Below are positions 1 through 13,297 of a stretch of DNA of 64,000 bases, in pieces. The DNA comes from Octopus sinensis. Taxonomy: Eukaryota. The stretch covers positions 59,086,001 to 59,150,000 of the forward strand of contig NC_043003.1 of the NCBI RefSeq assembly GCF_006345805.1. Reading direction: 5' to 3'. The notes below the pieces were generated by a model that did not search any database, was not told where the DNA came from, and saw only the letters and a list, made by a program, of their open reading frames with translations. The translations under genes were made by a program, and so were the position numbers. Each line of letters opens with the position of its first letter. The first letter of the stretch is position 1.

Positions 1-371
1 TACTACAAACCATATTGCCAATCACATGTGCAGTAACACGATACACAATCACCAATATACTTTAAATAAAATCTAAAGCAGAAACCTTTGTCAGTGCCTT
101 TGCTGATAACTGAAAGAAAGCACTACCTGCTATATGAACAATTGTAAGACTGCTGATATCAGTCAATATGAATGAGCGTTATGGGCTACTGAAACAAGCG
201 TGTAGTCTATCACTTCATCAACCACTTCAAAATTACAAACAAAGCAGAAAACGAACGATACTTTTAAATACGGTAAACCAAACTAGTTCATAACAACCAA
301 ACTAATTCATTATTTCAGACTCACCGAGGAGTATGTGTGATTAACATTATACATTTTTCAAAGCAATTAGA

Positions 372-521
372 TGCAGACGTACTTGTGTGGCAGGAGTTTT
401 CTTCGCAACTACATGATTCCTGGTTCAGGCTCACTGCTTGGTACCTTGGGAGAGGATCCTCTGTTATAGCCTCTGGCCGACTAAAGCCTTGTGAGTGGAT
501 TTGGTCGACAGAAACTGAAAA
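372..521 (+). mobile_element. SINE group A, degenerate 5' half, interrupted by a group B array
   Basis: Matches the head of the full copies at 8679 and 61389 (...tatagcctc..gccgactaaagccttgtgagtggatttggt.gac.gaaactgaaa). Confidence 0.8.
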
Positions 522-1293
522 GGCGGCAAGCTGGCAGAATCGTTAGCACGCCGGGCAAAATTCTTAGCGGTATTTCGTCTGCCGTTACGTTCTGAGTTCA
601 AATTCCGCCGAGGTCGACCTTGCCTTTCATCCTTTCGGAGTCGATTAAATAAGTACCAGTTACGCACTGGGGTCGATATAATCGACTTAATCCGTTTGTC
701 TGTCCTTGTTTTTCCTCTCTGTGTTTAGCCCCTTGTGGGTAGTAAAGAAATAGGTATTTCGCCTGCCGTTACGTTCTGAGTTCAAATTACGCCGTGGTCG
801 ACTTTGCCTTTCATCCTTTCGGGGCCGATAAATTAAGTAGCAGTGACGCACTGGGGTCGATGTGATCGACTTAATCCGTTTGTCCGTTCTAGTTTGTCCT
901 CTCTATGTTTAACCCCTTGTGGGCAATAAAGAAATAAGAAACGTTAGCATGCCGGGCGATATGCTTAGCAGCATTTCGTCTGCCATTACGTTCTGAGTTC
1001 AAATTCCACCGAGGTCGACTTTGCCTTTCATCCATTCGGGGTCAATAAATTAAATACCAGTTATGCACTGGAGTCGATATAATCGGCTTAATTCGTTTGT
1101 CTGTCCTTGTTTGTCCTCTCTGTGTTTAGCCCCTTGTGAGTAGTAAAGAAATAGGTATTTCGTCTGCCGTTACGTTCTGAGTTCAAATTCCGCCGAGGTA
1201 CCAGTTATGCACTAGGGTCTATGTAATCGACTTAATCCCTTTGTCCTTGTTTGTCTCCTGTATGTTTAGCCCCTTGTGGGCAATAAAGAAATA
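522..1293 (+). mobile_element. SINE group B, tandem array of about 4 units with 13-bp TSD
   Basis: Repeated ~180-bp unit acgttctgagttcaaattccgccgaggtcgac..tgcctttcatcctttcgg.gtcgat..a.taagtaccag, whose central block resembles the Meta/Sauria-type SINE domain. agaaactgaaaag is duplicated at 510-522 and 1294-1306. Confidence 0.85.
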
Positions 1294-1322
1294 AGAAACT
1301 GAAAAGACCAGCTGTGTATTTA

Positions 1323-2339
1323 CACCCCGAACCACGTAAATAGCGTCTCTCCTTTCTAAGAACCCGGCAAGAATCCCTGAAACTGTCTCATTTACGCCCC
1401 GTCACAAGAGTTTGAGGCTTCAATGGGCCCAGAAGTACATGACGTTTGAGATGAGTTGTGTTCTGTTCACTGACGAAAACAGGCGACCTGACAGTTGGGC
1501 AAACGGTTGGATATATTTTGGAGATGAGCGTCACCAACCTTTACAACATCAGCAACAGGATTGAGGAGCCATGTTGTGTGCTGGTATCATTGGCGACAGA
1601 CCTCTTGGGGGTTAAAGTGGTTGAAGTGACCGCAGCCGCCTACTACAATCACCTGAAGGAGGTCTTGGTTCCCTGGCTAGATGACATACCGCTGTCACTT
1701 CTAAGGAATTTCGTATTCATGCATGACAACACTCCCTCCCACACTGATAGGGCCACCCAAACATTACTAGGTGAAAGGTTGGTGGTGTGGCCGCTAGCAT
1801 CTCCAGATGTCAATCCTATTGAAAATCTTTTCCCTATCATTAAACAAGATGTTTATGCCGATGGACGTCAATTTATGTCGAAAGATGTCTTATGGGCGGC
1901 CATCAAAGTAGCAGCAGAGGCAGTCCAACTTCCTACTATTAAGAAATTGACAGATTCCATGACTAATAGGGTTTTTGAAGTTATCCGTTAAAATATCGCT
2001 CATGTGGTTAAATGATTCATTATGTCAGTAAATGTTATAATATTATTATGGTTTTATGTTAAGTATATAAACAATGTACGTTTAATATGTATCATTACCC
2101 TTCATTTTCTAAAAGATAATGTCCAGATGGCCTATTTTCATTCAAAAGCTAGCGTGGTTCCCCAAAAAACTGAAGAATCTGAAATATAAAAAAAAAGGAC
2201 GTTACACAGGATAATGAAAACATAACAAAGGTGTTGGCATAGTGTGCAAACCAGCTGAGGATTGTTTTATCAAAATCAATTCAAATAAATCTGAGAAATC
2301 CTAAATTTCACTTCTAAGCTATTAGCGTGGTTCTGGGTG
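1323..2339 (+). mobile_element. Tc1-family transposon, TRT/DD37E-like, internally deleted and non-functional
   Basis: TA|caccccgaaccacgtaaatagc ... gctattagcgtggttctgggtg|TA imperfect TIRs. Frameshifted motifs WAQKYM, VLFTDE, PDSWANGWI, FMHDNTPSH, WPLASPDVNPIENL, YADGRQFMSK. Confidence 0.85.
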
Positions 2340-2341
2340 TA

Positions 2342-2403
<62 letters not shown>

Positions 2404-2420
2404 CCTATCTACCTATCTAC

Positions 2421-2455
<35 letters not shown>
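2342..2455. repeat. (TATC)n microsatellite
   Basis: Direct reading. Confidence 0.95.
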
Positions 2456-2456
<1 letters not shown>

Positions 2457-3269
2457 AATTCTTAAATAAAGAATACTATTGATAGTGACTTTAAATTAAG
2501 CCAACGTCGGATTGCGATGCATTAAAGTTAATCTTGGCATTGTATAGTCTCTATTGAGTTACAGCCTCCTTTTGGTGCGTGGGTTTGTGTGGAGTGGTAG
2601 TTAGATTTTAGGGTGGGTGGTTATGGAGAGGTGTTTTAGAGAAATGTGAAATGTTAATTATATTTGTGTTTACGTAATTGTTTAGAATTTAATCATGTAT
2701 GCAGAACTTTGAAAACAAGCGTGTATGTTTAGGTGTGTCACTTTTGTTTTGTAAGCACAAAGTATGTTAGCAGTTTAATTAATATTTTGGTTTCATTGAA
2801 TTTAATCCTTTGTTTTGACAAAGTAATATTCTTGCTTAGGAATATTAAATTCGGTAAACCGAACAGGCCCGTGGCTGAAGTTCACCGGGGTATTTCATCA
2901 AGACTTATGCCTGTAATAAGAAACCTGTATGAAGGGAAACGGCCTGTAATATGTCATTTGGGTGCGGGCAGTGTGGTGTTGATATGTGTGAAGGACGGTG
3001 GTAGAAAGAGGGAATAGGGTAAGTACTCTGTCTTAAACCTATGAGTTGAAATATGTTTGTAGATGTATGTGTGTTTTAGTGTGTAAAATTGTGTATGGTC
3101 AAGATTGTGCTGAAAACTCAGGTTGTGACGCTGCTAAGTACTGATGGTGGCGGTTCTAACGTTTATAATGATTATGCGAGTACGTAGGTATCAGTTATGT
3201 ATCGCCTTTCATGTGGGCATGAGTTGAAAACGCCACTTCTACAGTTATGTAGGTGTCCCTGGGAAGAGA

Positions 3270-3900
3270 GTCTTTAGTAAGTACTCTTCTTGGCCAGGCA
3301 TAACTTAAACTAGTGACTACCATTTAATGAAGGTTTTTCCCTCTTCAGCACTCTTCCTCTGATATTGTAGTCCAAGGCACATTCCTTCAAATATCATGTA
3401 TTCCTAGCTAGGGCTGTATCATAACGTTTCTCTTCGCGATTAAAGGAGGATTTGGGTTGTTATAGCTTGTCTTAAAAGTGGTTTCTCTCGCGACCATAGG
3501 CTTCCGTACTGGACTCCTTTTACATCACTTCTGCCGCATATACGTCTGTCTCTGTCTTGCATTAACTTATAATTACATGTCGTGTTGATTCTGCGTAAGC
3601 ATCATGCCTCTGTCTCAGTTGTTGACTTACCTACTAATGTGGTGTTTACACTAAGTGCACGGCTGAAGGAAATCCTTTAAATATTCCATTAAATATTTTA
3701 CGGAAACAAAGCATTAGAAGAAAGTGTTTATCCACTAAATTAAGAAAGATCTTACCTAGACAAGTTTTTCCGTTCTCGTAAATGAGATAGGGTGAACCAC
3801 AAAACTTTCCTGTGCCGTGTTTTGTCGGTGGGTTTAAGGTCAGGCGAGTAACTAATCCACTCCTTAAATTCGCTGGCAGCCAGGGCCTCATTGTGGTAGG
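3270..3900 (-). mobile_element. Penelope-like retroelement relic (RT-EN linker and GIY-YIG endonuclease); the element may span ~2460-4020
   Basis: Minus-strand peptides KTCLGKIFLNLVDKHF..FRKIFN and TTFKTSYNN.KSSFNREEKRYDTALARNT.YLKECALDYNIRG...KLCLAR resemble PLE linker and GIY-YIG C-terminal motifs. Many stops and frameshifts. Confidence 0.7.
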
Positions 3901-4894
3901 GCCTACGACGTAGAAATTCTCTTTACTTAAAGAGAGGCTTGAGGTTCTTCTGTCGACTTCTTTTGGTTTTCATGGTGACCTTGAGGACAAAAAAATCCAG
4001 GATATAAATTAAGTCTTTCCTAACCCTGTCTTTGTGTGGCCGTTCACATTCCTCAACAGAGACAAGGTATCGTCTCTACAGGCATACTATACGCTTTATA
4101 CACACACACATACATATATATATGTACTTATATATATATATATATATCAATATATATATATGTGTGTGTGTACATATTGCACATGCATACACGGGTGTGT
4201 ATGTGTGTGTGTATGTGACTCTGTGTCCGAGATCATTAATGTCACCAGCATTGTGGAATAGTGCGTAACATAGCGAAGCAAGTATAGTCAATATGATAAT
4301 TACTATACTGAAGTATGCCTTAGGGTCATTGTAATCGACCAAAACCCTTGAAGGAGACACCTTAGTATGGTCGCAATCCAATGAGTGAAACTAAAGAAAA
4401 TAATGTCAGCACTGATAGTTTTGAAATGCTATTACTAAATTCATGAGTCAGCACAGTTTTGTTTAGAATGTAGTGGGGTATGCCTATACAGTGTAGTTAA
4501 TATTCAAATAAAATGGTTTGTTTGTCCAGACAATTCTTCATTTAATTATTAGATGTCCTCAGTTCAGTTTTAATTCACTGATGAAATAAGATTATATCAA
4601 ATTTATATGTTTGTACCAACCCGTTTGTATGAAATATCTGATGGCAGGTGTAATGATTAAATCGTTAAGGTATCGGACTTCGGGCAACATAGTTATGAGT
4701 TACTGTCTTACTTCAGGCACTGAGCTGCATTCCTTAGACAAGCCAATTAAATGTGCCCACCAAAGGCTTCAAGTCTATTTAAAGCATTAAAATAATTTCT
4801 GACCATCACTTTTAACTTTCTCATGCTAAAAGTATTGATTCCTAGCATCGTGTTGCGGGGGAGATGTATAATCGATTAAATTGTACTGCATTAT

Positions 4895-5060
4895 AGGTGC
4901 AGGCATGGCTATGCCGATAAGAAACTGCTTTGCAATCGAGTAGTTTTAGGTTCAGTCCCACAGTGCGGCACCCTGGGAAAATGTCTTCTACTAATTCCTC
5001 AGGCCAACCAATGTCTTGTGAACGAATTTGATACACGAAAACTGTGGGGAAGCCCGTTGT
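4895..5060 (+). mobile_element. SINE group A head, degenerate
   Basis: ggtgcaggcatggct...ggttcagtcccacagtgcggcaccctggg...gaagcccgttgtata followed by (CA)/(TA)n. Confidence 0.75.
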
Positions 5061-5125
5061 ATACATACACACACACACATATACATACATATATATATAT
5101 ATATATGTATGTATATATATATGTA

Positions 5126-5169
<44 letters not shown>

Positions 5170-7746
5170 ATGTATGTATATACAATATATGTATCTGTGT
5201 TTGTCTTTCCACTGATCTAAATATCCCTGGTAACACCTAACAAGGATCGAAAATCGATTAAGGCTCTTCAGTTTTCAATCTACTCAGAAATAGGAAAATT
5301 CTGCATGCTTGTGTGTCTACTACGTAGGATTACATATATGTATCTTTCATGCAATCATCTTCAATAACGTTGGGAAAAGAAATCTTAATATATTATCGAT
5401 TGAAATTTTAGAAGTTCATACTGTGTTTAAATTTGTCCTAATATAAAAATAGATTATATGAAGGAAAACTGAATAAATTCTCTGCTATGGCCAGCGAGTA
5501 AAATTCTGACAGTTTTCAAATTCAGAACATTGCTATGAAAATCGATCCGCGACCGATTTCTTTTGAGAGTAAAGATAGCCGGGATATATACATACAATTA
5601 TGAATGAAATATCTTTAAATTATCTCTAGTGACTCAATGTCTGTCGTTTAATCTCATGTATTAAATCTCCGCTGTTATATAATGCTATTATATCCCCAGT
5701 TTCGCCTTGATAATAGACGACAGATGGTTTATAATAATGATAGCAAGACTCTTTAGATAAGAATGCATCTTTATGATGACGTCAGTTCCGTTAGAATTGT
5801 ATCATTTCCGGATGTAATTCATGGATTTACTGTGAGTTTCAGCAGTCCCTTTATCTGCCATGCGACAATATCTCTATTGTACACTCGACAATGGAAAATT
5901 AGGAAATTATGATGTATAAATCAATGCAAGACGAATTTCTGGATGTGACGGACAATTTAAAAAGTGAGAGGTGACAAATGGCCGGAAGACAGAGGCGAGA
6001 AACGGGATTAGGTAAGGTGCGTATGCATAAAAAAAAGAGAAGCATATCTTGTACAGTGAACACATGATATCCTATCTTCACACTTTTTTTCTTTCTTTGT
6101 CTTTATGAGCTATTACAATTTAGAGGACATACATGATAATGCTTTGGACTGTGCCAACTTTGAATGGCCAAATCGTAATTGAGAAACCAATGCATATTCA
6201 TATAAAACATGCAGAAATTATTTTCTCTGGGCTAATAACAAAAACAATGTTAGTAACTCGCATGGCCACCCCAATCCGTTTCAACAAATGTCATTGTCCC
6301 TAAGCAAACATTATTGAATAAAAGATTGCAATTCTCAAGGAGGAGACGCATGCGAGATATATAGACTTAGTTTAATCTACACTTTATTGGTGAAACTCGG
6401 ATATGGAAACCAGTAGTGGGAATCTAGTACGAAACCATGTTGTTTGGGGTTTTCATTTCTTGGATTTAATACATATAGTGTGTGTGGACTCTCTCGACAC
6501 TTCGACGAATGTGTAAGCGGTTCGCAGGATTCATAGTTCAATGTTTTTTCGTATCGTCTGAGTAACTGTGTTAGCGTTGATGCTGGGGTTGTGGTTTGTT
6601 GGACGGCCTATACAATAAATATTATTACAGTTAGCAATGTTTTATGCAGAACCAGTCTCATGCCTTCGTCCATCAGACTTGTGTTGCTCTGGTACAAGAA
6701 CTGCTACAAGCTCAGTAGTTATCAGGAAGTAGCGTAAGAGCTGTAAGTGACCTTCCAAATTAAATATGATGGTGTTTAATTGAACTCCAAGTTATCACTG
6801 ACCAAATCGATCCTTGATCAAAAGCATTCCAACGTACACCCCAACGCTTTTTTTGTATATCAGAGACTTTGAGTTCTAAAGTATCTGGCTTTTCATTACA
6901 ACTTTGGGATCTTATTTTTGTAAGATTTAGATGGTTTTCTTTCAAACATGTTGAGTGACCTCTTTAGCAGCGTCCTATATTTATCTAAGCATGCAATAGT
7001 AAGAAAAGAAAGTAGATTATAATGAAAAACACCAACTCCAGTAAACAACGAAAAGAAACAGAAACATAGATTATCTTGAACTAGATATAAGATCCATTGG
7101 TATGGCAGATTAAAATAACATGGGTATATGGGTTCTTCAAGGGTTTGCGTTCACCTATGGAAATACTGACAAAATACTAACTAATTACGTTGTACTTACT
7201 ATAGTAGCAGTAATGAAATATGTACACCTATACTCACCATACATATTCCAGTTGTCTGAGCAACGAAAATAATTATATTAGGTCTCGTCGTCGTCGCCGT
7301 CGGCTTTATCTCGTATCCGAGTATTTAGTTCTTCTTTGCGAAACGTTTCCTTTATGGTGATGCCGTGGATGACTCTGTAGACCAATTCTTGCATAGAAGA
7401 GTCAATGGTATTGACTGCATGGCAAAGTTGGTGGAAGACAAGATTGATCTTGTAGAGACTTTCTCTCTTGTCGTTTGTTTTGTTTTTTTTCCTTTTTTTC
7501 TTGTGGTGGATTCGAAGTTTTTGGTTTCGATGGTGATGGATTTAGCTGTCAGTTGTCCGTTGCAACACCATTAGTCACATCTGATTACTGGCTAAAAAAA
7601 TGGAAGATAAATTTTGACTTAGGAGATAACATCTAAGCGAGCAGACTCTTTTTTAAGCGAGCAGACTCCATAGAAGTTAGCCATGGTTCAAGAGTTGTTG
7701 TTAAACCATGGGATGGAATAAACCTACCGCTCAAAGAACAGTTATA

Positions 7747-8078
7747 GGCGCAGGTATGGTAGGTTGCTTGCTTGCCAGCCAAATGGTTCCGGGTTCAGTC
7801 CCACTGCGTGGCTCTTTGGGCAAGTGTCTTCTACTATAGCCTCGGACCGACCAAAGCCTATATATATATGTATGGATGTGTGTTTGTTTGTGTGTTTGTG
7901 TTTGTACCCCCAACATCGATTGACAACCGATGCTGGTGTGCTTACATCTACGTAACTTAGAATAAGTAATAGGCTTACAAAGAGTAAGTCCTGGGGTAGG
8001 CTGGGGCAATTTGTTCGATTAAAGGTGCTCCAGCATGGCCGCAGTCAAATGACTGAAACAAATAAAAGAATAAAAGAA
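7747..8078 (+). mobile_element. SINE group A with internal deletions
   Basis: tRNA B-box-like ggttcagtccc, CORE-like ttgggcaagtgtcttctact, tail gctccagcatggccgcagtcaaatgactgaaacaaataaaaga. Confidence 0.85.
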
Positions 8079-8678
8079 TGGATTCCCACTGAAAGCCTAA
8101 CGCCACACTGTTTAGGTTTATTAAATTAAAAACACAAACTTTCTGTAAATTAGATGTTTGAGACAGTCGATCAATTCAGAACGAATCCAAACCCACGTAG
8201 CTTTAAAAATTCGAACTACATCATGGATCAACATAGGTGAAGCAGAATACCCTACCCCATGGGGGAGAGATATTCATGGCGTGGTTTTGTAAAACACATC
8301 TCGGTTATAAGCGTAGAATTGTTAAGAATTTTACTTTGCACTCATGAGGTTCCGGTTTCGATTCCGCTGTATATATTGTTTATGTGTTTTAAATTTGTAG
8401 TTCGTATAACAGTTTAACACAAAGAAATATCTGTTTATAAGACGTTTTCAAATTAAGTGATTACTTTCAAAATGCTCCATGAATGAAGCAAAGTTTGTCA
8501 GTGAGTAGGGCCAACTCGATCTCATGGTATTTCTGATGGTTATGTAAAGTTTCCGAATTGACGGAGACAAATTCAACAACTTGCTGTTATGTGTGATAAA
8601 TATGTAAAATAATGTATACGTGTAGCCGTGTCCTTTAGAGTGGTGCTCATATCGATAATCCCATTACAAAATTATCAT

Positions 8679-8845
8679 GGGCGTAGGAGTGGCTGTGTGG
8701 TAAGTAGCTTGCTTATGAACTACATGGTTCCGGGTTCAGTCTCACTGCGTGGCACTTTCGGCAAGTGCTTCTACTATAGCCTCGGGCCAAGCAAAACCCT
8801 TGTGAGTGGATTTGGTGGACGGAAACTGAAAGAAGCTCGTCGTGA

Positions 8846-8938
<93 letters not shown>

Positions 8939-9163
8939 TATATATGTATGTATGTATATATGCGTGTGTATATGTCTGTGTGTCTGTGTTTGTCTCTCCA
9001 ACATCGCTTGACAACCGATGGTGGTGTGTTTACGTCCCCGTAACTTAGTGGTTCGGCAAAAGCGACCGATATACAAAGAATAAGTCCTGGGGTCGATGTG
9101 CTCGACTAAAGGCGGTGCTCCAGTATGGCCACTGTCAAATGACTGAAACAAGTAAAAGAGTAA
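8679..9163 (+). mobile_element. SINE group A, near full length, internal (TA)n
   Basis: Head, internal microsatellite and tail collinear with 61389-61832. Confidence 0.9.
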
Positions 9164-11431
9164 ACGAATATTAGACCATCTTTCATTACCTAACATATCA
9201 TCCACACAAAAATATACCTTCATGATACAAGTACGACATGAATCATACTGCACAGTATAGCGCACAACGTCATCGTGTATCGCTTTTGAGTGGACCAACA
9301 TTTTATCAATTGAATTTGGTAGCCGATAACTCTGCATGCACGAATGTGCGTGTGTATGTATGTGTATGTGTGTGTGTGTGTGCACGCGCGCGAGTGTGTG
9401 TGTGTGTATATGTATGTGTGTATGTATGTGTGTATATGTGTGTGTTCGTGCTTGTTTCGGTTTACGTTTCCATACTGCTCCAAATACCGATGTTGTTTTG
9501 GTATGTCGTTTATTTAAAATCTTGTAACTTAGTGGTTCAAAAGTGATCGATAAAATATCTATGAGTCTGCAAATAAATACTCAAGTTTATGTGATCCTTT
9601 AAACACTTGTGGAAGATGACTCATTATGTGGTAGACCAATGACTTTAATTTACGGAACAGTAAAAGCGTAAGTAAATTTTTTATTGAAATTTCACGTTAA
9701 CCCCTTCGCTTCGTTTTTCACCCCCGCCTCATTCATTTCGATTTCGTATTTGTGTAAACTTAGCATATTTATGAGTGCAGAACATTTGAGTGATTATTAT
9801 ATACATCATATTTAAATCTGCTTGTGTTGGCGTGCATATATTTATCCGTTATGTTTAAATGGTAGGCTACGCATATGTGTGTGTTCACGCGCGCGTGTAC
9901 AGTCAGTCAGTCAGGTTAATATAATCAACAACTATAATACGATATATGCTAACGAATGCTTATGAAGCCAGGGTCTAACAGTACATCTTAGTATAAAAGG
10001 TCATACAAGCATTTCCAGCATACGGCATTCAAATTAAGTTTTAAGCAATTTTCACTTGGTGCAAATGTTTTCTCACAATGACTGCCATTCTTTCTTTAAA
10101 TTGTTTTCTTAACCACTTGCATCTTTGGCAATTAGATACCAGTCGGACACAATCATAAGCATTTATTTCCTTATTCAAAAAAAAAAAATGCTTGTGCCAT
10201 GCTATCTGCAAGCTAATTTCTATTTTATATAGCTATGAATTTATGGATAAAAAACAACGATGACATAAAGCAAACTGAGAAAAGCCTGCTGGGATGATGA
10301 CAAATGCAGAATATTTTTTTGTTTGAAAATCAGTATTTTCCTTACCAACCATCTGTTCACGACATAACTGTCTTTTAAGTAATTTCCAACTGAATATTTT
10401 ACGCTTTCTTATATTCTTGTATGTTTTTTTCTTCCTTTGGTCACATTATCGTTGTAAATAGGGTCAGAGGTGAGCAAACACTGCTAAATCATAACATATT
10501 TCTTTAAAACACAAATTTTATTAATAGAAAAGTTCGGTACTTAATCGTTTCTTTGAAACACACTGCTAACATTGTCTCGCAAAAATTTTTCCCTCTCTTT
10601 TCATCCATTCAATTATTGTGTATTTAATATAATACAGTTAAACGCAATAACATTTAAAAGAAATTACACGTAATATTGTGAAGAAATTCCATTTATTTTA
10701 TTAAAAAGAAAATAGTGAAATAACCAACGTGTACACTCATTCTCGGTTTTAAGGTAGGGATTCCTTTTTGTTAACTTTATTATTGTAGCTGTGTGGATGC
10801 TGTTGTTCTTGTTATTACATTTGTTGTTGTAGCTTTTCATTCGTAAGGTTGTTAATTACAAAAATATCTGGATTGAAATTTGATTAACTGAAAATCTTAA
10901 AACAAATAAAGTGTTTGAAGGGATAGCCGGAAGGAAGATAGCAGCTTTGTGGTCCGGGCAGTAGAAACGGGGATTCAATGCCTTGGGCAATTGTTGAAGT
11001 TCAAACATTGCTGAAGCAAAAATAATTAGGTTGTTTGCTCTGGCTAAAATGTTATGAAAATTAAGAAATCATTAAAATAAATTATGAATGTTGGTTCTCT
11101 GTAATTGACTAATGAAATTTTTTCGTTTGGCTATTTATCTCGGGTTCATATATATTCATATTAATCATTCAGAAAGTACTATATTATCATTACGAATTAA
11201 TGTGTATTCTGAAATTATAGGTGTTTTTTCAACTCACTGCTTCATAACGGAAAATTAAATTTCCTGTAAATAATGTATCTTCTATACGTACATATATTGC
11301 TTACGTATGTTAAATAAATACTCACAACACTTGCACACACGCACGCAAACGTACACTGACACACATACACGCAGTATGAGTATACACATACACACACATA
11401 AATAAAGGAATATATTGCTGTGTATATATAT

Positions 11432-11870
11432 TTTTATCTTTTACTTGTTTCTGTCATTGGGCCGCGGCCATGCTGGGATACTGTCATAAGGGTTTAGTCG
11501 AAGATAAAAATCGATCTCAGTGTTATTTTTTAAAGTCTGGTAGTATTCTATCAAGATCATTTTTTGCCGAACCGCAATCTTATGAGGATGTAAGCAAACC
11601 AGCACCGGTTGTCAAACTGTGATAGGAGATACGCACAGACACACACACACACATAGACACACGCACACGTCTATCTGTCTATCTATCATTCTTTTTCTCC
11701 ATCCATTCCCCTCTCTGTCTCTCTGTCTGTCTCCCCCCTCTCTCTCTCGTTCTCCCACTCACGTCGTTCAGAGATGCATGTGTTCAAGACACATGCCCAA
11801 GTTGCCATGCAGTGGGACTTAACTCGGAAACATGTTGAGAAACAAATTACTTTCTACACAGCTTCTGCTA
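11432..11870 (-). mobile_element. SINE group A, degenerate
   Basis: Reverse tail ttttacttgtttctgtcatt..gcggccatgctgg and reverse head gcccaagttgccatgcagtgggact. Confidence 0.65.
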
Positions 11871-11895
11871 CAATTATATATATGTATTTCTATAA

Positions 11896-11926
<31 letters not shown>

Positions 11927-11996
11927 TGTATGTATGTATGTATGTATGTATGTATGTATGTATGTATGTATGTATGTATGTATGTATGTATGTATG
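11896..11996. repeat. (TATG)n microsatellite
   Basis: Direct reading. Confidence 0.95.
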
Positions 11997-12273
11997 AATG
12001 AATGTATGTATACAGATACATATAAGTATACATATCTATGCATGTATATATCTATATATCTATATATATAATATAAATAATATATATATGCATATATACA
12101 TACGTATATGTACATACATCTATACGTGTATATATATATTTATATATATATAAATGGAACATGAACTACTGTTTCGAACAACGGAAGCAAAGAAACATAA
12201 AGAACGATTCTTCATCTGTTGTTTGTTGTTTTTCCAATCTCGTATTTCGAGCATTTAACAACAAAATACGTTT

Positions 12274-12324
<51 letters not shown>

Positions 12325-12675
12325 AAATGTGATTAAGAGATAGACAGGCGGGAAGATAGATAGAGAGATAGATAGACAGGGAGAAAGAGAAGGAGAAGGA
12401 TAGAGAGTAAGAGAAGTGGAGAGAAATCAATATATAAATATATTTATACAAAGGTACTTTTATAGTGAGTTTATAGTGTGTTTATACGCTACGTACGTCA
12501 AAATGTAGATTTTCTCTACTTTCAGAAAGTAATATACTATGTGTCTATGTGCGTGTGCGTGCTGGAGTGCGTCATTACTTCATAATAATTAGTTATATCA
12601 TATAATATCTGTAGAATACTAGCGCTGCTTCTGGCAACCTAGGCCCTTATCTCTATTATTATTATTATTATTATT

Positions 12676-13224
12676 GAGTGAGAGAGCAGTTCATGCCATC
12701 AAAGTGACACTGGGGTAAAATATACGAAGCCCAATATACCCATCATGACTACCCGTCTGATAAGGGTACACCAGGCACATGCATCACAACCATATGTGCG
12801 CGACATGGTGATCTCATATCAAGATAAACAGCGCATCACCTTGCAGGTGGGGCCCAGTTAGGATTTCCTTCAAGTTGAGTAGCCCATCCCGCTCAAAAGG
12901 TCCCTGAATAAGGGTTGTTTAAGGATGTTGAAAGAACCACCCATGTTTCCAGAGGTGAATTATTCAAACCCCAAAGAATCCCTCTCAACACATGGCTATG
13001 ATGCTCCCCCACTACTTCTGCTCGTGATCAGAGATGCACATATCGTCAGCCACTAAGGGACATGCTCAACTAGTTAAGGTCAAACAACTGACAAGCAAAT
13101 CTGTGGTATTGAGCAGAATATTTTCTGTAGCCCATCTTTTATACCAAGACAAAACAATGTACATGATAACACTTCCAATCAGTTAAGATCAAAAGCCATG
13201 AGAGCCACTGCCTGGTACTGCATC
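12676..13224. mobile_element. ~550-bp non-coding element in (TTA)n, copy 1
   Basis: Collinear with 13298-13845 and bounded on both sides by (ATT)/(CAT) triplet repeats. No credible ORF. Confidence 0.8.
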
Positions 13225-13297
13225 ATCATCATCATTATTATTATTATATTATTATATTATTATTATTATTATTATTATTATTATCATCATCATCATT

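Noticed and set aside
522-1293. Regularly spaced repeats resembling a CRISPR array
   Set aside because: Whole ~180-bp units repeat with no unique spacers, the context is eukaryotic, and no cas genes are present.
1458-1991. 177-aa ORF as a functional transposase or domesticated gene
   Set aside because: It lacks the DNA-binding domain and first catalytic D in frame and has internal deletions.
3195-3250. Hammerhead-like CTGTAGA..GTGG/CCAC..GAAA on the minus strand near the Penelope relic
   Set aside because: The core is mutated and the flanks are direct rather than complementary, so stem I cannot form.
7635-7668. 15-bp direct repeat taagcgagcagactc
   Set aside because: A simple local slippage duplication.
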